Virus record (IMG/VR): IMGVR_UViG_3300026549_000064 | Span: 1 to 64,000 of that record | Reading direction: 5' to 3' (one strand) | DNA: 64,000 nt | DNA from: a virus | Lineage: Duplodnaviria; Caudoviricetes | In this document: positions 34,763 through 45,419 of the stretch, piece by piece | How positions within the stretch are numbered: the stretch's first letter is position 1 | Layout: every line of letters begins with the position of its first letter | Position numbers and translations under genes: made by a program | The notes under the pieces: model-generated | What the model saw: the letters and a program-made list of their open reading frames with translations, nothing else | Told to the model about the DNA's origin: nothing | Database searches by the model: none

Positions 34763-36124
34763 ATGCCAGCTAACGGTGATACTGATTATACATTATCGGG
34801 TATAAATTTAACCGATATAGACGATATGTATACTTATAAGAAAAACAATATACAGTACGGCACGCCAGGCACATTTCTCCATAACCCGACTCTTTGGCAA
34901 CAATTTGCAGAAAGCATACTAGATGCTTCGTTTAGATTCATGGGAAATGGCGGTTATAATAACACCATTCAGAATTTTATATCTAAACTAGATCACCACG
35001 GCTCTGCTTATGTTCCGGTTAACATAATGAATTATGGTTATACGTTTATAACCAGACCTAGATTAAATATGACTACCGGTAATCTTCATCAGCATCCCGT
35101 GCTGTCGCTTCTTGCAACTAAAAATGAAAGGTCTATAGCATTCGCTATTAGAATGCTTTTGGATACTTGCCTTTCTAGAGGATTTGAACCATTCGCTTAC
35201 GGCCACCCTAATCGGGATCGTGGTAAGACACTAGACCAAGCTGAGCTTGGCGAGCTAGCAGCTAAGAATATTCTAGTTGATACTCGTAACCCATTCTTTA
35301 CGCCGTTGTGTAACGGGTTGCGTGGCATTACTGGATTTCCTGATTTCAATATTGTCGATCAGACTTTAGGCGAAGATTTTCATAGCGGCGATATGACGAT
35401 AGTTAAAGGTGCCGAGCTATTTAACCGTACACAGGAATTGTCATTAGAATTTGTAGATATACAAGGTTCTGTTATTTTATCATGTTTCTTCTATTGGTGC
35501 TTATATATGGCACTTCAGACTAAGAATATCGTGATGGCTTATCCTGATGATATCTACGAACAGAGATTGAATTATACTGTATCTATTTATAGATTCATCA
35601 CTGATCACACTCGCAGAAATATTCTCTGGTGGTGTAAAGCTACGGGTTGCTTCCCTAAGTCAGCACCGATAGGAGCCATCTTTAATATAAATCAGGGTGA
35701 TGTAAGTATATCCGCCGCTAAGAATTTTTCTGTACCTTTTGCTGCTAACTGTATAGAATATAACGATCCTGGTATCATTTATGATTTCAAACGTTTAATG
35801 CGTAGATATAATAAAAACTTTGATAGATTTCAGATAATCTCGGAAGATACATCACCGGCGATCAATGGCAGCCAGCCTGATGCGTATCGAGCACGTACTC
35901 TTACCAGTAATAACTTTATAGGTCTTCCTGATATTGTTGACGGTGGTTCCGATAATGGATTTGGCGGTCTTCGTTTGGTCTGGCGCGAAGATCCGGCTAA
36001 ACTTGCTAAGAATGAAGACGTGATGGCTACTGTGAAGAGACAGCTATCGGCTGCTGAATCTGCGTTAATAAGTGATAGAGGTTCTTCAATAAATGAGGCT
36101 GCTACTCAGCTGCATAAAATTTAA
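34763..36124 (+). CDS. Probable baseplate/tail-tube-initiator-like virion protein (recalled as phiKZ gp88-like)
   Basis: 453 aa, GYTFITRPRLN motif, paired with a ~980-aa gene as in phiKZ-like phages. Confidence 0.55.
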   Translation: MPANGDTDYTLSGINLTDIDDMYTYKKNNIQYGTPGTFLHNPTLWQQFAESILDASFRFMGNGGYNNTIQNFISKLDHHGSAYVPVNIMNYGYTFITRPRLNMTTGNLHQHPVLSLLATKNERSIAFAIRMLLDTCLSRGFEPFAYGHPNRDRGKTLDQAELGELAAKNILVDTRNPFFTPLCNGLRGITGFPDFNIVDQTLGEDFHSGDMTIVKGAELFNRTQELSLEFVDIQGSVILSCFFYWCLYMALQTKNIVMAYPDDIYEQRLNYTVSIYRFITDHTRRNILWWCKATGCFPKSAPIGAIFNINQGDVSISAAKNFSVPFAANCIEYNDPGIIYDFKRLMRRYNKNFDRFQIISEDTSPAINGSQPDAYRARTLTSNNFIGLPDIVDGGSDNGFGGLRLVWREDPAKLAKNEDVMATVKRQLSAAESALISDRGSSINEAATQLHKI

Positions 36125-36138
36125 TTTGGAGTTTGCAC

Positions 36139-39078
36139 ATGTTTGATGATAAATCGTTACTTATCAGTACTTTAAGAAATCCAGCTAACATAGCAGCTAA
36201 AGTTCTCAATGAGATTGAGAACAGGCTCAATGGTAAGATTACAATAGCTGATCCTAATGCTCCATTCTGTCATTTACTTGAGTTTGGATCAAGTATAGCT
36301 TCGCAGGTTATTAACGCTATGGATACAAAGTTTCCGTTACTTTATCCTAAGCGTGCTGAGTCCATGGAAGATTTGTATGCACATATGTCAGATTTCGATT
36401 ACTTAAGACTATACAGCACACCTGCTAGAAGTGCTATTCGTTTATATTTACCTAAGAAGTTTTTACTAGACAGTGCGTTAGATTATAACGAAAATTATAA
36501 AAAGCTAGTTATACCAAGTGATACTACATTCTTAGTAGCTAAGTACAATTTTGGTATTTATTATCCGATCGAGATATTGATCAATAACTATACTGGTTCA
36601 TTTACAGTAGCTTATGACACAACCGAGCCTAACCCGTTACATGTTTTGTCTAAAAATGTTATTGACAAATATGAACTTCAGTACATGGGCGTAGATTATT
36701 TGATTCTTGATATACCAGTATACCAGTTTAGTAAATCTACTATTATCGAAACTATAGTAGCTACTACTGGATTCGTTAAGAGTCTTAATTATAATGATAA
36801 ATTCTATGCACTTCGGATTTTTAATTATAAGAATGGTAGGTATACTGAACTAGCACAGACACAGAGCAAAGTTGTTTACGACGCAACTGTACCTACAGTC
36901 TATTTTCAGGTACAATCTGATAAAAATAAACTCATACTAACAGTACCTCAGGTTTATTTCGATAACGGTATGATGGGAAGTAAACTTCTGATAGAGGTGT
37001 ATACTACTGTTGGTAAACTAGATATCGATGTATCAAATATCAACGATACTGATATTGGTGTTACTTATGATAACAATGCGCGTACCGACAGTACGTATAC
37101 AAATATTTTCAAGAATATGCCGTATGATACGATCATACAGCTTAGTGGTGATCGTATCACCGGCGGCTCTAATGCCATTAGTGTTGATACGCTACGTAAG
37201 CGTGTAGTTCAGGATACGTTGTATGATAGAGTCCCTATATCTGAGGCTGATCTTGATGTTATGCTTGAAGATAATGGATTCTATGTTCATAAATCTTTAG
37301 ATAACGTTACCGATCGTATTTATTACGCCTACAAAGTTATAAGAGATGGTACTGGATCGATAGTTCCGTCTACTACAGTACCACTTAAACTTTTAAGTTC
37401 TTACGTTACGGATGGCAAACATTCTACATTGGTAAATTGTACGGCTGATACGTCGTTAACCATACTTCCCGCTACTATCTACAAATATGATCAAGACGCT
37501 AATTGCGCTACTCCGTTAGAAGATGATGAGCTCAACGCTCTTGTGTCAATGGATAAGGGTGCTTTAGCTAATACTTTGAATACAGCCGGCTACCTTAAAA
37601 CCCCGTATCATGTGAGAGTATCATTATCCGGTGAATATCCTAGGGCTGATACGTTTAACTTATCAACGCCGTCAGTAGATAAAGTCATCTTTGTGGAAGA
37701 CAATTACGAGACTACTTATAAGTTAGTTTCGTATGGGGCTACCATTAACCACGATACTGTAGGCTACTATGAAGTATATCTTACTGTATCCGGATCGGAT
37801 GACGTGATTAGCCTCTCGACTGATGATATTCTTCTGTACGTGATGGTTAAATCCGAAGATAAATGGGTGGGTACTACTTGCGAATATGTTTCATTCGATG
37901 CAAGTACCAAGATGTACATCTATAAGTTTATTATACCTACAACGTATCATCTCACTCTGGATAACAAAATAGGTATTACCTATACATCAGACAACGACGA
38001 TTATAAGAATTATGAATATCTTATCGATCTTGTATCTGATTTCCATGTAGTTTACATGGTAGCAAGGACAGCAGTAACTGGTATTTCTGAACCGTCGGAT
38101 ACAATAGTAACTGGAGTACCTGATCAGTATAAGCAGATGTATATTGGCTTATCTAGGCAGTATTTCACTATCACTTTAGGTAAGAATATCAATAACGTTA
38201 TTTACAACAATGTTGAAGTTACCTTAGGTACTAACACTTATGCTAGATATGAGACCAATATCCCGGCCAAGTATACTGAAGATGTTTACGAGCATGATGA
38301 AAATGGCTACATTAAAACATTTACCGATGTAAAAGGTAATATGTATACCAAGAAGATACATGAGGTTGGTGAACCTATTACTGACAGTAATGGTAAAATT
38401 AGATATGAGCATATGACCGGCGATATTATTCACAATGCAGCTGGCGATCCTGTGCTTGTGTCTGAAGGTTCGGATACCTATTTTGTTACAATGATGTTTA
38501 TTGACGCTAAGATGTTCTTCTCGGATAGACAGGCCGAATTGGATTTTCAGAATAATATCTATTCAACGCTTAATTCGTATTTTGATGTTATTACATCCAT
38601 GCAGGATCAGTTACTTGAGCGTACTAAACTTTACTTTAGGTGCGTTAAGTCTATCGGTACTGCTAATGTTAACATCGGCGATGGAGCGGTCAGTAAACAA
38701 AATATCGAGCTTAGCTTCCGTATTGTTTGCTATGTTCCGTCTTATGTTAAGCAGAATGAAACTATACAGAAACAAATTACTGAGATGCTTTGTACCTTTA
38801 TCGAAGAGGCTATTGAGAGTAAGACAATTTCAATGCTTGATATTTTCGAGAAGGTTAAGGAGCGTGTCAGTGACTATGTAGATCATTTTGATTTGCTTGG
38901 TATTAACGATAATGTTGCTCTGCAGACTTTTGTGGTAACAGATGATGATAGTCAGCCGTCTATTCGTAGACAGCTTGTTCTTACTGAGGATAACATCCTT
39001 TCGCTGCGTAAACAGGTTGATGTAACTTATGTTACTCTTAATCCGAATACGTTAGCGTCAAGTACATATTCTTCTTAA
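36139..39078 (+). CDS. Probable baseplate wedge protein (recalled as phiKZ gp87-like)
   Basis: ~980 aa; N-terminal DPNAPFCHLLE, then ITGGSN..SVDTLR (gp6/J-like); ATG 36139 has SD GGAG. Confidence 0.6.
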   Translation: MFDDKSLLISTLRNPANIAAKVLNEIENRLNGKITIADPNAPFCHLLEFGSSIASQVINAMDTKFPLLYPKRAESMEDLYAHMSDFDYLRLYSTPARSAIRLYLPKKFLLDSALDYNENYKKLVIPSDTTFLVAKYNFGIYYPIEILINNYTGSFTVAYDTTEPNPLHVLSKNVIDKYELQYMGVDYLILDIPVYQFSKSTIIETIVATTGFVKSLNYNDKFYALRIFNYKNGRYTELAQTQSKVVYDATVPTVYFQVQSDKNKLILTVPQVYFDNGMMGSKLLIEVYTTVGKLDIDVSNINDTDIGVTYDNNARTDSTYTNIFKNMPYDTIIQLSGDRITGGSNAISVDTLRKRVVQDTLYDRVPISEADLDVMLEDNGFYVHKSLDNVTDRIYYAYKVIRDGTGSIVPSTTVPLKLLSSYVTDGKHSTLVNCTADTSLTILPATIYKYDQDANCATPLEDDELNALVSMDKGALANTLNTAGYLKTPYHVRVSLSGEYPRADTFNLSTPSVDKVIFVEDNYETTYKLVSYGATINHDTVGYYEVYLTVSGSDDVISLSTDDILLYVMVKSEDKWVGTTCEYVSFDASTKMYIYKFIIPTTYHLTLDNKIGITYTSDNDDYKNYEYLIDLVSDFHVVYMVARTAVTGISEPSDTIVTGVPDQYKQMYIGLSRQYFTITLGKNINNVIYNNVEVTLGTNTYARYETNIPAKYTEDVYEHDENGYIKTFTDVKGNMYTKKIHEVGEPITDSNGKIRYEHMTGDIIHNAAGDPVLVSEGSDTYFVTMMFIDAKMFFSDRQAELDFQNNIYSTLNSYFDVITSMQDQLLERTKLYFRCVKSIGTANVNIGDGAVSKQNIELSFRIVCYVPSYVKQNETIQKQITEMLCTFIEEAIESKTISMLDIFEKVKERVSDYVDHFDLLGINDNVALQTFVVTDDDSQPSIRRQLVLTEDNILSLRKQVDVTYVTLNPNTLASSTYSS

Positions 39079-39094
39079 AAAATAAAAGTTAGAT

Positions 39095-39126
39095 AGAAGC
39101 AGTACTCCCTAGGGAGTACTGCTTCT
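39095..39126. terminator. 32-bp perfect palindrome, probably a bidirectional terminator
   Basis: agaagcagtactccct|agggagtactgcttct. Confidence 0.75.
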
Positions 39127-39137
39127 TTATAGTTTTG

Positions 39138-39358
39138 AAAAAAAAATAGAGGATATTGCTACCCCCTATTCCCTGACGTGCAGATTTCTCTATACGTCGT
39201 TGATAGCTATGCATAGCCTGGCTGGGAACTGATAGCTAAACTATCTTCATCCGCCGTTGGCCGTAGCAGTGGCTATCTATAAGAGAACCGCTTCTGCAGT
39301 CGGGCATGCTCGTTTGGCCTCGTCCGGCTTTTTAGCATTCAGCTGGCGTTCTCATCTT
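39138..39358 (-). ncRNA. Candidate small RNA with its own early promoter and intrinsic terminator
   Basis: TATATATCAT at 39360-39369; only a 7-codon ORF; several helices; GCAA-loop terminator plus T9 at 39138-39170. Confidence 0.6.
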
Positions 39359-39395
39359 AATGATATATATCTGATTATATTTGATAGACGTCGAC

Positions 39396-41042
39396 TTAGA
39401 AAATAATATCATTGATAGCCTGAATAGCCATCTTAGTAGCTACAGTGCTATCTACCATTTTCAAATCTTCTTCATCCACACCATCGGCTTCATGCTGATT
39501 CATAACTTCGGCAGCAGCTTCACTAAACATACGGTTGATGCTTTTCAGTTTGCTGTTAGGATATTTGATATCGATGATGAAGTCATAGAGCAAACCTTGC
39601 AGATTTTGATCAGAGTTAGCTTGCATATTGTGCAGAAGTCTTTGCACAGTAGAGGTATCATGACCTCTGACAAAATCGGTTCTAGTTAGCCCTTTAGGAA
39701 TGTAGCTATCGTCAAGCGATTCTAGATAAGCGTGAAGTGTCTGCTCAGTAGCTATCTGCTTGGCTTTATTTTGATAGCGAACCATGTTCGCTTGCATTTC
39801 TAATTGTTTGGCTCTAACTATCTCAGCGGCTCTATCTTTGTAGAGACGAATGTCGGATGCTTTGATACCGAGAGTGGGAATACTGTCATCGTTACTCTTG
39901 CAGAATCCATCGTAATAAACATTCATAGCCGCTTCAGTAACAGGGTTACCTTCTTCAGCTTCTTTCTCTTCGACATCAGGGTTGACTACGCCGCTATCCA
40001 TGAGAATGGTGTTATTCTCGTAAAGCTTTTTGCGTAACGAAGCCATAGCGTAAGCACCGATTTCAAAATTCATAAGAACTGTATCCATATTCTTATGCAG
40101 CTTGTTGAAATCGTTATCGTTTACGTTGAGTTCTGTTTTCTTAAAAGCTTTGAGAATAGGAAGATATTTTCTTACTCCTTGAGTAAAACTTAAGATAGAT
40201 TTACCGTATCTTCTATTCTTTAGATCTTTAAGATAAAGCTTGTACATGAAGTTATGCATGTGATAATTACTGGTGATAACTTTGTACATTTCAGCGGTTG
40301 CTTCTTTTATTTCTTCCTCTTGATCTTCCGGGATAGAAATGTTCTCGGCTACACGATTTTGTACATCGTTAGCGGTTTCTTTATCCAGATCAATATCCTC
40401 TTCATTGTTATTGACACTATCTCCAACGGCAATAGCATCGTCAACAGTGAGCGTAGGAGTCATCTTGGTGTAATCTTTAATATTATTCTTGACAATCTCT
40501 GCACCACCAAACCTATTGAGTAGCGCATCCCACTTAACTCGGGTTAAGCTGAGTTCTTTTTTCTGCTGCTTATCGTTAGGTTTTGCATTCTTGTTTTTCT
40601 TATCCGGAGTATTCTCAGCTTCGGTGCTATTCTGATTCCGGATAACCTGTTCAGCTTTGTTATCTATTTTCTTCTCTACGTGATTAGCTTCTTTAGCGAT
40701 TTCACCGCTTAGCGTAGAAAACGCTGTACAGATGTTTCCGCCGATAGCTCTGGTTACTTCATTAACTACCTTAAAGCAAGGCTGTAAATTAGTACTCTTC
40801 TTAGCGCGATTGTAAGCATCGGTTACACGCTTAACGATAAGAGCAGATCTCTTTCGGCTATCAGTAAAGCCAGCTAAATCTTTATCGCTAAGATTGAGAT
40901 TACGTAAAGTACTGTTGACAATTACCTCAAGAGCTGTTTTCAACTGAGGATCGTTGGTTTTAACTTGAGTGTCGCTGAGCTTTTCGATGTCGTTACTGAG
41001 CATCTCGCCATAGACGCCGCTATCGATTTCTTCTATGTTCAT
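39396..41042 (-). CDS. Probable virion protein
   Basis: 548-aa helical ORF in the structural region. Confidence 0.6.
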   Translation of the reverse strand: MNIEEIDSGVYGEMLSNDIEKLSDTQVKTNDPQLKTALEVIVNSTLRNLNLSDKDLAGFTDSRKRSALIVKRVTDAYNRAKKSTNLQPCFKVVNEVTRAIGGNICTAFSTLSGEIAKEANHVEKKIDNKAEQVIRNQNSTEAENTPDKKNKNAKPNDKQQKKELSLTRVKWDALLNRFGGAEIVKNNIKDYTKMTPTLTVDDAIAVGDSVNNNEEDIDLDKETANDVQNRVAENISIPEDQEEEIKEATAEMYKVITSNYHMHNFMYKLYLKDLKNRRYGKSILSFTQGVRKYLPILKAFKKTELNVNDNDFNKLHKNMDTVLMNFEIGAYAMASLRKKLYENNTILMDSGVVNPDVEEKEAEEGNPVTEAAMNVYYDGFCKSNDDSIPTLGIKASDIRLYKDRAAEIVRAKQLEMQANMVRYQNKAKQIATEQTLHAYLESLDDSYIPKGLTRTDFVRGHDTSTVQRLLHNMQANSDQNLQGLLYDFIIDIKYPNSKLKSINRMFSEAAAEVMNQHEADGVDEEDLKMVDSTVATKMAIQAINDIIF

Positions 41043-41221
41043 TAACGTTTATCTCCCTTAGCATCTTTGTTGGAAGTTACGCAATCGTAAATCATAGCCG
41101 ATAGCGAGGTCTTGTTGACGCTGTTAGACGCGCCTACACTAGAAATAGCGGATCTTGTTAGATCGCACTTGATTAAATAAGCTAGTGTACGGTTAACTAG
41201 CTTTTCGGTTTTTGATTCCAT
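41042..41221 (-). CDS. Small hypothetical protein (59 aa, missing from the ORF track)
   Basis: MESKTEKLVNRTLAY...KGDKR; SD AGGA; its TAA overlaps the next ATG (TAATG). Confidence 0.6.
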   Translation of the reverse strand: MESKTEKLVNRTLAYLIKCDLTRSAISSVGASNSVNKTSLSAMIYDCVTSNKDAKGDKR

Positions 41222-41331
41222 GATTTCATCCTATTTAGTATAAACAATGCGCATTTGTATACAATAGTCGGATTTTGGACTACATGCTATAAAATAGACT
41301 TTCGTTATACATAGTACAAGGTATATTGCAT

Positions 41332-42984
41332 ATGAAGCAGTCGACTATGAGAGCTTTGTTTGATCTGGAAAACAAAGAGAATGAAAAAATTCAATCATTT
41401 TCAGAAACCCCAGCTGTTTCTGTTAAACCAAAAGAAGTTACTGAAGCTGAGGACGAAATAAAAGATGTAGAAGATACTGATAAAGAGGATGATAAACAAT
41501 ATCGCGAAGAGCATAACGATGCTGATACTTCTGAAGAAGCTGATGCAGAGGCTTCTTCAGATATCGGAGATTCGGAAAGCTCAGATGAAGATGCTGAATC
41601 CGAAGACGATGATAGCACAGCAAGTATTTCTGAAGATTTGAATGCTACTGATGAAGATGACGATAATGATAAAAGTAAATTAGCTAAGATGTTTGACAGA
41701 ATGTCGGTCAATGAAATTCTTCATTATCGAATGATAACAATGGAGTACGGTACACAAGCTGGATCTGCAGATCCTGGCTGCATTGGTTGTTCTCGTGGTA
41801 CAGCTGATGCTGCAGACGCCGTTATTATTGATAGTGAAATAGAGCCAGCTGATTCTACAGAACCTGATACTGGTGAAGGAGACGATAGTGGAGAAGGCGG
41901 TGATACTGATGATATGGGCGGATCTGATGATTCACTTGGCGGGCTAGATGAAGCTGCAGGCGCTGGCGGTGAAGGTGGTGGCGATACTGGTGGATCGAAA
42001 GATAATGCTGGTGCCGGTGCGGCAGATACTTCCGGTGGAGATAATGCAGGTACTCAGGGAACAGAATCGCTGTATGCTAAATTGTCATGTGTTTATGATG
42101 ACTACCGTCCTAAAAAGCTTCGCAGATATAGATTAGGATTGGAAGAGTATGTCCCTACATTGCACGATCCCTCGTCGGTGGATTACGGCATTGGTGGATT
42201 TTTCAAAGACATTGGCTCGGTAATCAGTGACGCAAGTAGTGCTGTAGTAAAAGGTGTTAAAGCAACTATACCGGTAATTAAGAAATGTGCTAACCGTTTG
42301 GGAATTTTGGGTAAACGAGCAGGTAAAGAATTAGCGACTATTAAAACTTTAGCTAAATTTTATCGTTGGAAACTTAAGAAATATCTGAGTTACATTAACG
42401 AAGATAAACTTAAGACGATGAAAATTGAAGCATTCCCCGGTAAAGTATGGAGCGCTTTAAGTAGAGGTTGTGCTGATATTTCTAAACAGCTTGATGCTAT
42501 TGACGGGCCTAAGCTTGATGGCCCTGATTTTAAGAAAATACAAAGTATTCTTATTGTTAAGTTTAAGAAAATCGGTATAAACATAGCAGCATCCGATTCA
42601 GCTAATAAATTTGCTGGACTCAATAAGCTTCGTCGTGGCGGAACCATTTATCAGCTAGGCTATGGGCCTGATGCTGTTGTTGGGTATTTTAAGGAATTAG
42701 AGTATCTTGGTGAAATAGCTTCGCCTGAACGTGCTAAGCATTTTGCTGATATGTTCTCGTCACTTAAAAACTCTATCACGAAGTTAGTGTCTAGTGATAA
42801 AAAAGGATCCGAGATTCACGCAGCAAGATTTTCATTTGTATCTATGTGCCGTGAAACGTTAGTTGATGTTTGTGGCGAATTAGTTAGTGATCTTGAACAC
42901 GTTGCTTCGTCTTACGAGGTTTGCATGGATACCGAGCGTGGCGATAAAGAAATGGACAAAGCTGACGGTGCAGAAGAGGACTAG
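41332..42984 (+). CDS. Probable internal head/ejection protein with an acidic propeptide
   Basis: D/E/G-rich N-terminal half ending in GTES and GLEE; basic C-terminal half. Confidence 0.55.
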   Translation: MKQSTMRALFDLENKENEKIQSFSETPAVSVKPKEVTEAEDEIKDVEDTDKEDDKQYREEHNDADTSEEADAEASSDIGDSESSDEDAESEDDDSTASISEDLNATDEDDDNDKSKLAKMFDRMSVNEILHYRMITMEYGTQAGSADPGCIGCSRGTADAADAVIIDSEIEPADSTEPDTGEGDDSGEGGDTDDMGGSDDSLGGLDEAAGAGGEGGGDTGGSKDNAGAGAADTSGGDNAGTQGTESLYAKLSCVYDDYRPKKLRRYRLGLEEYVPTLHDPSSVDYGIGGFFKDIGSVISDASSAVVKGVKATIPVIKKCANRLGILGKRAGKELATIKTLAKFYRWKLKKYLSYINEDKLKTMKIEAFPGKVWSALSRGCADISKQLDAIDGPKLDGPDFKKIQSILIVKFKKIGINIAASDSANKFAGLNKLRRGGTIYQLGYGPDAVVGYFKELEYLGEIASPERAKHFADMFSSLKNSITKLVSSDKKGSEIHAARFSFVSMCRETLVDVCGELVSDLEHVASSYEVCMDTERGDKEMDKADGAEED

Positions 42985-43041
42985 TATAGGTCTAGTTTAA
43001 TGGACAGCAGAGCCTCGTTATGAGGCTCTGCTGCTTTATGA

Positions 43042-45306
43042 CTATTTTTTCGATATAGATGTACGTGGATAGAGCTGAGTAACGCCTGCAACAATATTCC
43101 ATTGTGAGACGGAATAACTGTAGTACGACGGGTTGAATATTTTATTCTTAGCACGCTGTGCTGCATATTGCAAATTTCTTCTGAATCTACTGAACATAGA
43201 AATACGTTCAAAAAGTCCTACGCCGGACAATGTCCTTAGGTATTCGTTAAAAGTACTGTCGTTAGTAAATAGTGAATTGAAAGTGCTGGTATTAAACGAT
43301 AGATACATAATAGGCGACATATCCTTAATGGATAGCGATACATCTATACATAACGGTATGTTATCGTACGTCCAGCCAAATTCACTGTCTCCACGTTTAA
43401 TAGATAAGCTATCTATTATTCCCATAGGTACTGCAAACATGCCTTTGCAATAAATACGGCATAGGAATGGCTGCGTGTATGAGTTTTCGCCAGAACCACG
43501 GGGCAGAGTGCCAGCTAATAAACAAGCTAGCGGAACTATTATTGATTGGTAGATACTGACAGCATCTCCGTATGGAGATCTCAGCTGTAATGTTAGTGAA
43601 TGACTTTTATTAAAATCAGATCCGCTATATTGTTCTGGTATATCTATCCACGATCCTTGCATAAGTGCTTGACCGAGATCTGTTATGCCGAATACATCAA
43701 TAGCGTTAAAAGCATCGATGGCTCCGCCGATAAACCCAGCAACAGCTCCGAAGAATTTATTTATTATACCTTCGCTGCTTGATTGGCCAGAACTACCGGG
43801 CTGCGCTAGATCATTTTTAACGCGCATAACTGATGATACTTTTTCGTTATACGCTCTGGCAAATGCCGATTCTTGAGTAGAATTACTGAATGATTCTGAT
43901 GCATCTGTACTGTTGGTTATACGGAATCCAATAAATTCACTAGCTCCTAATGCCGATGATAAAAAGGAATCAGCCCAATCTTTAGGTTCTGCGGAGAAAA
44001 TGGATGTACTTTCTTTATTGATGAATTCATCTAAATAATTACTTTCCAGTTTTTCGGTTTTTTGTTCAATGTCATATTGTTTTTGTGCAGCAGCATATTT
44101 GTCTCCTCCGTTTTCAGCGCTCTGTTCAGCTTCGTCACTTTCTTGATTGAGTTTAGCTACTTCTTTTTGCATAGCAATTTTTTTATTAAAAGCTATGCTT
44201 GAACTATGGGCTTGTTCTTCTCCTGCAGTCTCTTTATCAATTTGAAAATATTTTGCTGCTTCCCTAAATGATAATTCGTCACTGGCTTCGGAAGTGGAAC
44301 CTTTGCCATACATACCAGGTATCTGGCGTAGCGAATCGTCGTGCTCTGCGTAGTATTCGCTTAAAGTATCTCCGCCGTAGGCTTTATATGCAGTTAGACC
44401 TTGGGTTAAATTTGTAGAGTTTCTGGTTGCGGTCATAGCTCTTCTACGTAATATATCCCAAATACTAGCACCGGTATAGGTCAGTGCATCTGGAACGTAA
44501 TCGGCTCCACTACTATGACCGGATGGCCCGTTGTTGTATAGACCCGCGCTTACAAGCCAGTGAGCAAGAATACTATCTACGTAATCGTAATATAACTGCA
44601 TAGTAGAACGCAGCTCGTAGAATCTATTAACCGGATATTTCTTGGACTCTTTACCTACTCGATTAAAGAATGCTAGTCCTGCGGTTACAAATATAGGTAA
44701 AAAACATAGGCTAAAGTACAATGTTCCAATCGTTCCGAAGATACGGCCTAGCTTAACACCTGGCCCAGCTATAGCGTTGTTATTTAATCCGATTAGACCC
44801 GGATCAAATGCTGTCTGATAGAATCTTCCTAAATTTGTAAAATACGGTATGCCAAACGTGAACCAGCAAATTTGCTGATTGAATTGAGTAGTCGCCGCAT
44901 ATACACGTCCCATTCCTGAACTGTCGAAATTGTTTTTATCACCGGTAGTTACATTTACCGGGTGAACAATGTCGTCATCTCGGTTAAATTGCCATAAGCA
45001 GTTGATAGCATCATTGCCACCCACTCTAGTATCCTGATAATATGGATTTTTCAATACAGTATTGGCTAAAGCTAAATCTTTACCTGAGCTTTCTCCAACT
45101 AGACCGTAGAATTGTAGAGCATTTTTCTCTCCGCCTTCAGCTCCTTCGTAGTCGTTAGATTTGAATTTGAGCTGATCTTCAACGGTTGAGAACTCATCGC
45201 CTAATTTTACTACATAGGGCTCCGAGTACCATTTACCACCATCAGTAAGTTTGTCAGGGTTAACTGCTGCTGTATTAGGTTTAGTAGTTTTATTAGTAGT
45301 TGCCAT
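43042..45306 (-). CDS. Probable baseplate/tail structural protein
   Basis: 754 aa directly downstream of the tape-measure gene; tube-like C-terminal motif GIIDSLSIKRG..GWT..PL..DVSLSI. Confidence 0.6.
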   Translation of the reverse strand: MATTNKTTKPNTAAVNPDKLTDGGKWYSEPYVVKLGDEFSTVEDQLKFKSNDYEGAEGGEKNALQFYGLVGESSGKDLALANTVLKNPYYQDTRVGGNDAINCLWQFNRDDDIVHPVNVTTGDKNNFDSSGMGRVYAATTQFNQQICWFTFGIPYFTNLGRFYQTAFDPGLIGLNNNAIAGPGVKLGRIFGTIGTLYFSLCFLPIFVTAGLAFFNRVGKESKKYPVNRFYELRSTMQLYYDYVDSILAHWLVSAGLYNNGPSGHSSGADYVPDALTYTGASIWDILRRRAMTATRNSTNLTQGLTAYKAYGGDTLSEYYAEHDDSLRQIPGMYGKGSTSEASDELSFREAAKYFQIDKETAGEEQAHSSSIAFNKKIAMQKEVAKLNQESDEAEQSAENGGDKYAAAQKQYDIEQKTEKLESNYLDEFINKESTSIFSAEPKDWADSFLSSALGASEFIGFRITNSTDASESFSNSTQESAFARAYNEKVSSVMRVKNDLAQPGSSGQSSSEGIINKFFGAVAGFIGGAIDAFNAIDVFGITDLGQALMQGSWIDIPEQYSGSDFNKSHSLTLQLRSPYGDAVSIYQSIIVPLACLLAGTLPRGSGENSYTQPFLCRIYCKGMFAVPMGIIDSLSIKRGDSEFGWTYDNIPLCIDVSLSIKDMSPIMYLSFNTSTFNSLFTNDSTFNEYLRTLSGVGLFERISMFSRFRRNLQYAAQRAKNKIFNPSYYSYSVSQWNIVAGVTQLYPRTSISKK

Positions 45307-45377
45307 AATGAGTTTCTCCTACGTGTATTTTCTAAAATATAGTTTACTTGAGCTATAGAGTATATAGCTGTTGAGAA

Positions 45378-45410
45378 AGTACTGAGGTGCTCCACTGGAG
45401 CACCTCAGTA
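45378..45410. terminator. Hairpin after the tape-measure gene
   Basis: gtactgaggtgctcc-act-ggagcacctcagtac. Confidence 0.7.
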
Positions 45411-45419
45411 CCGATTGAC

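Noticed and set aside
39138-39358. Hammerhead ribozyme or known riboswitch
   Set aside because: No CUGAUGA/GAAA core or recognisable aptamer consensus; kept only as an unknown RNA candidate
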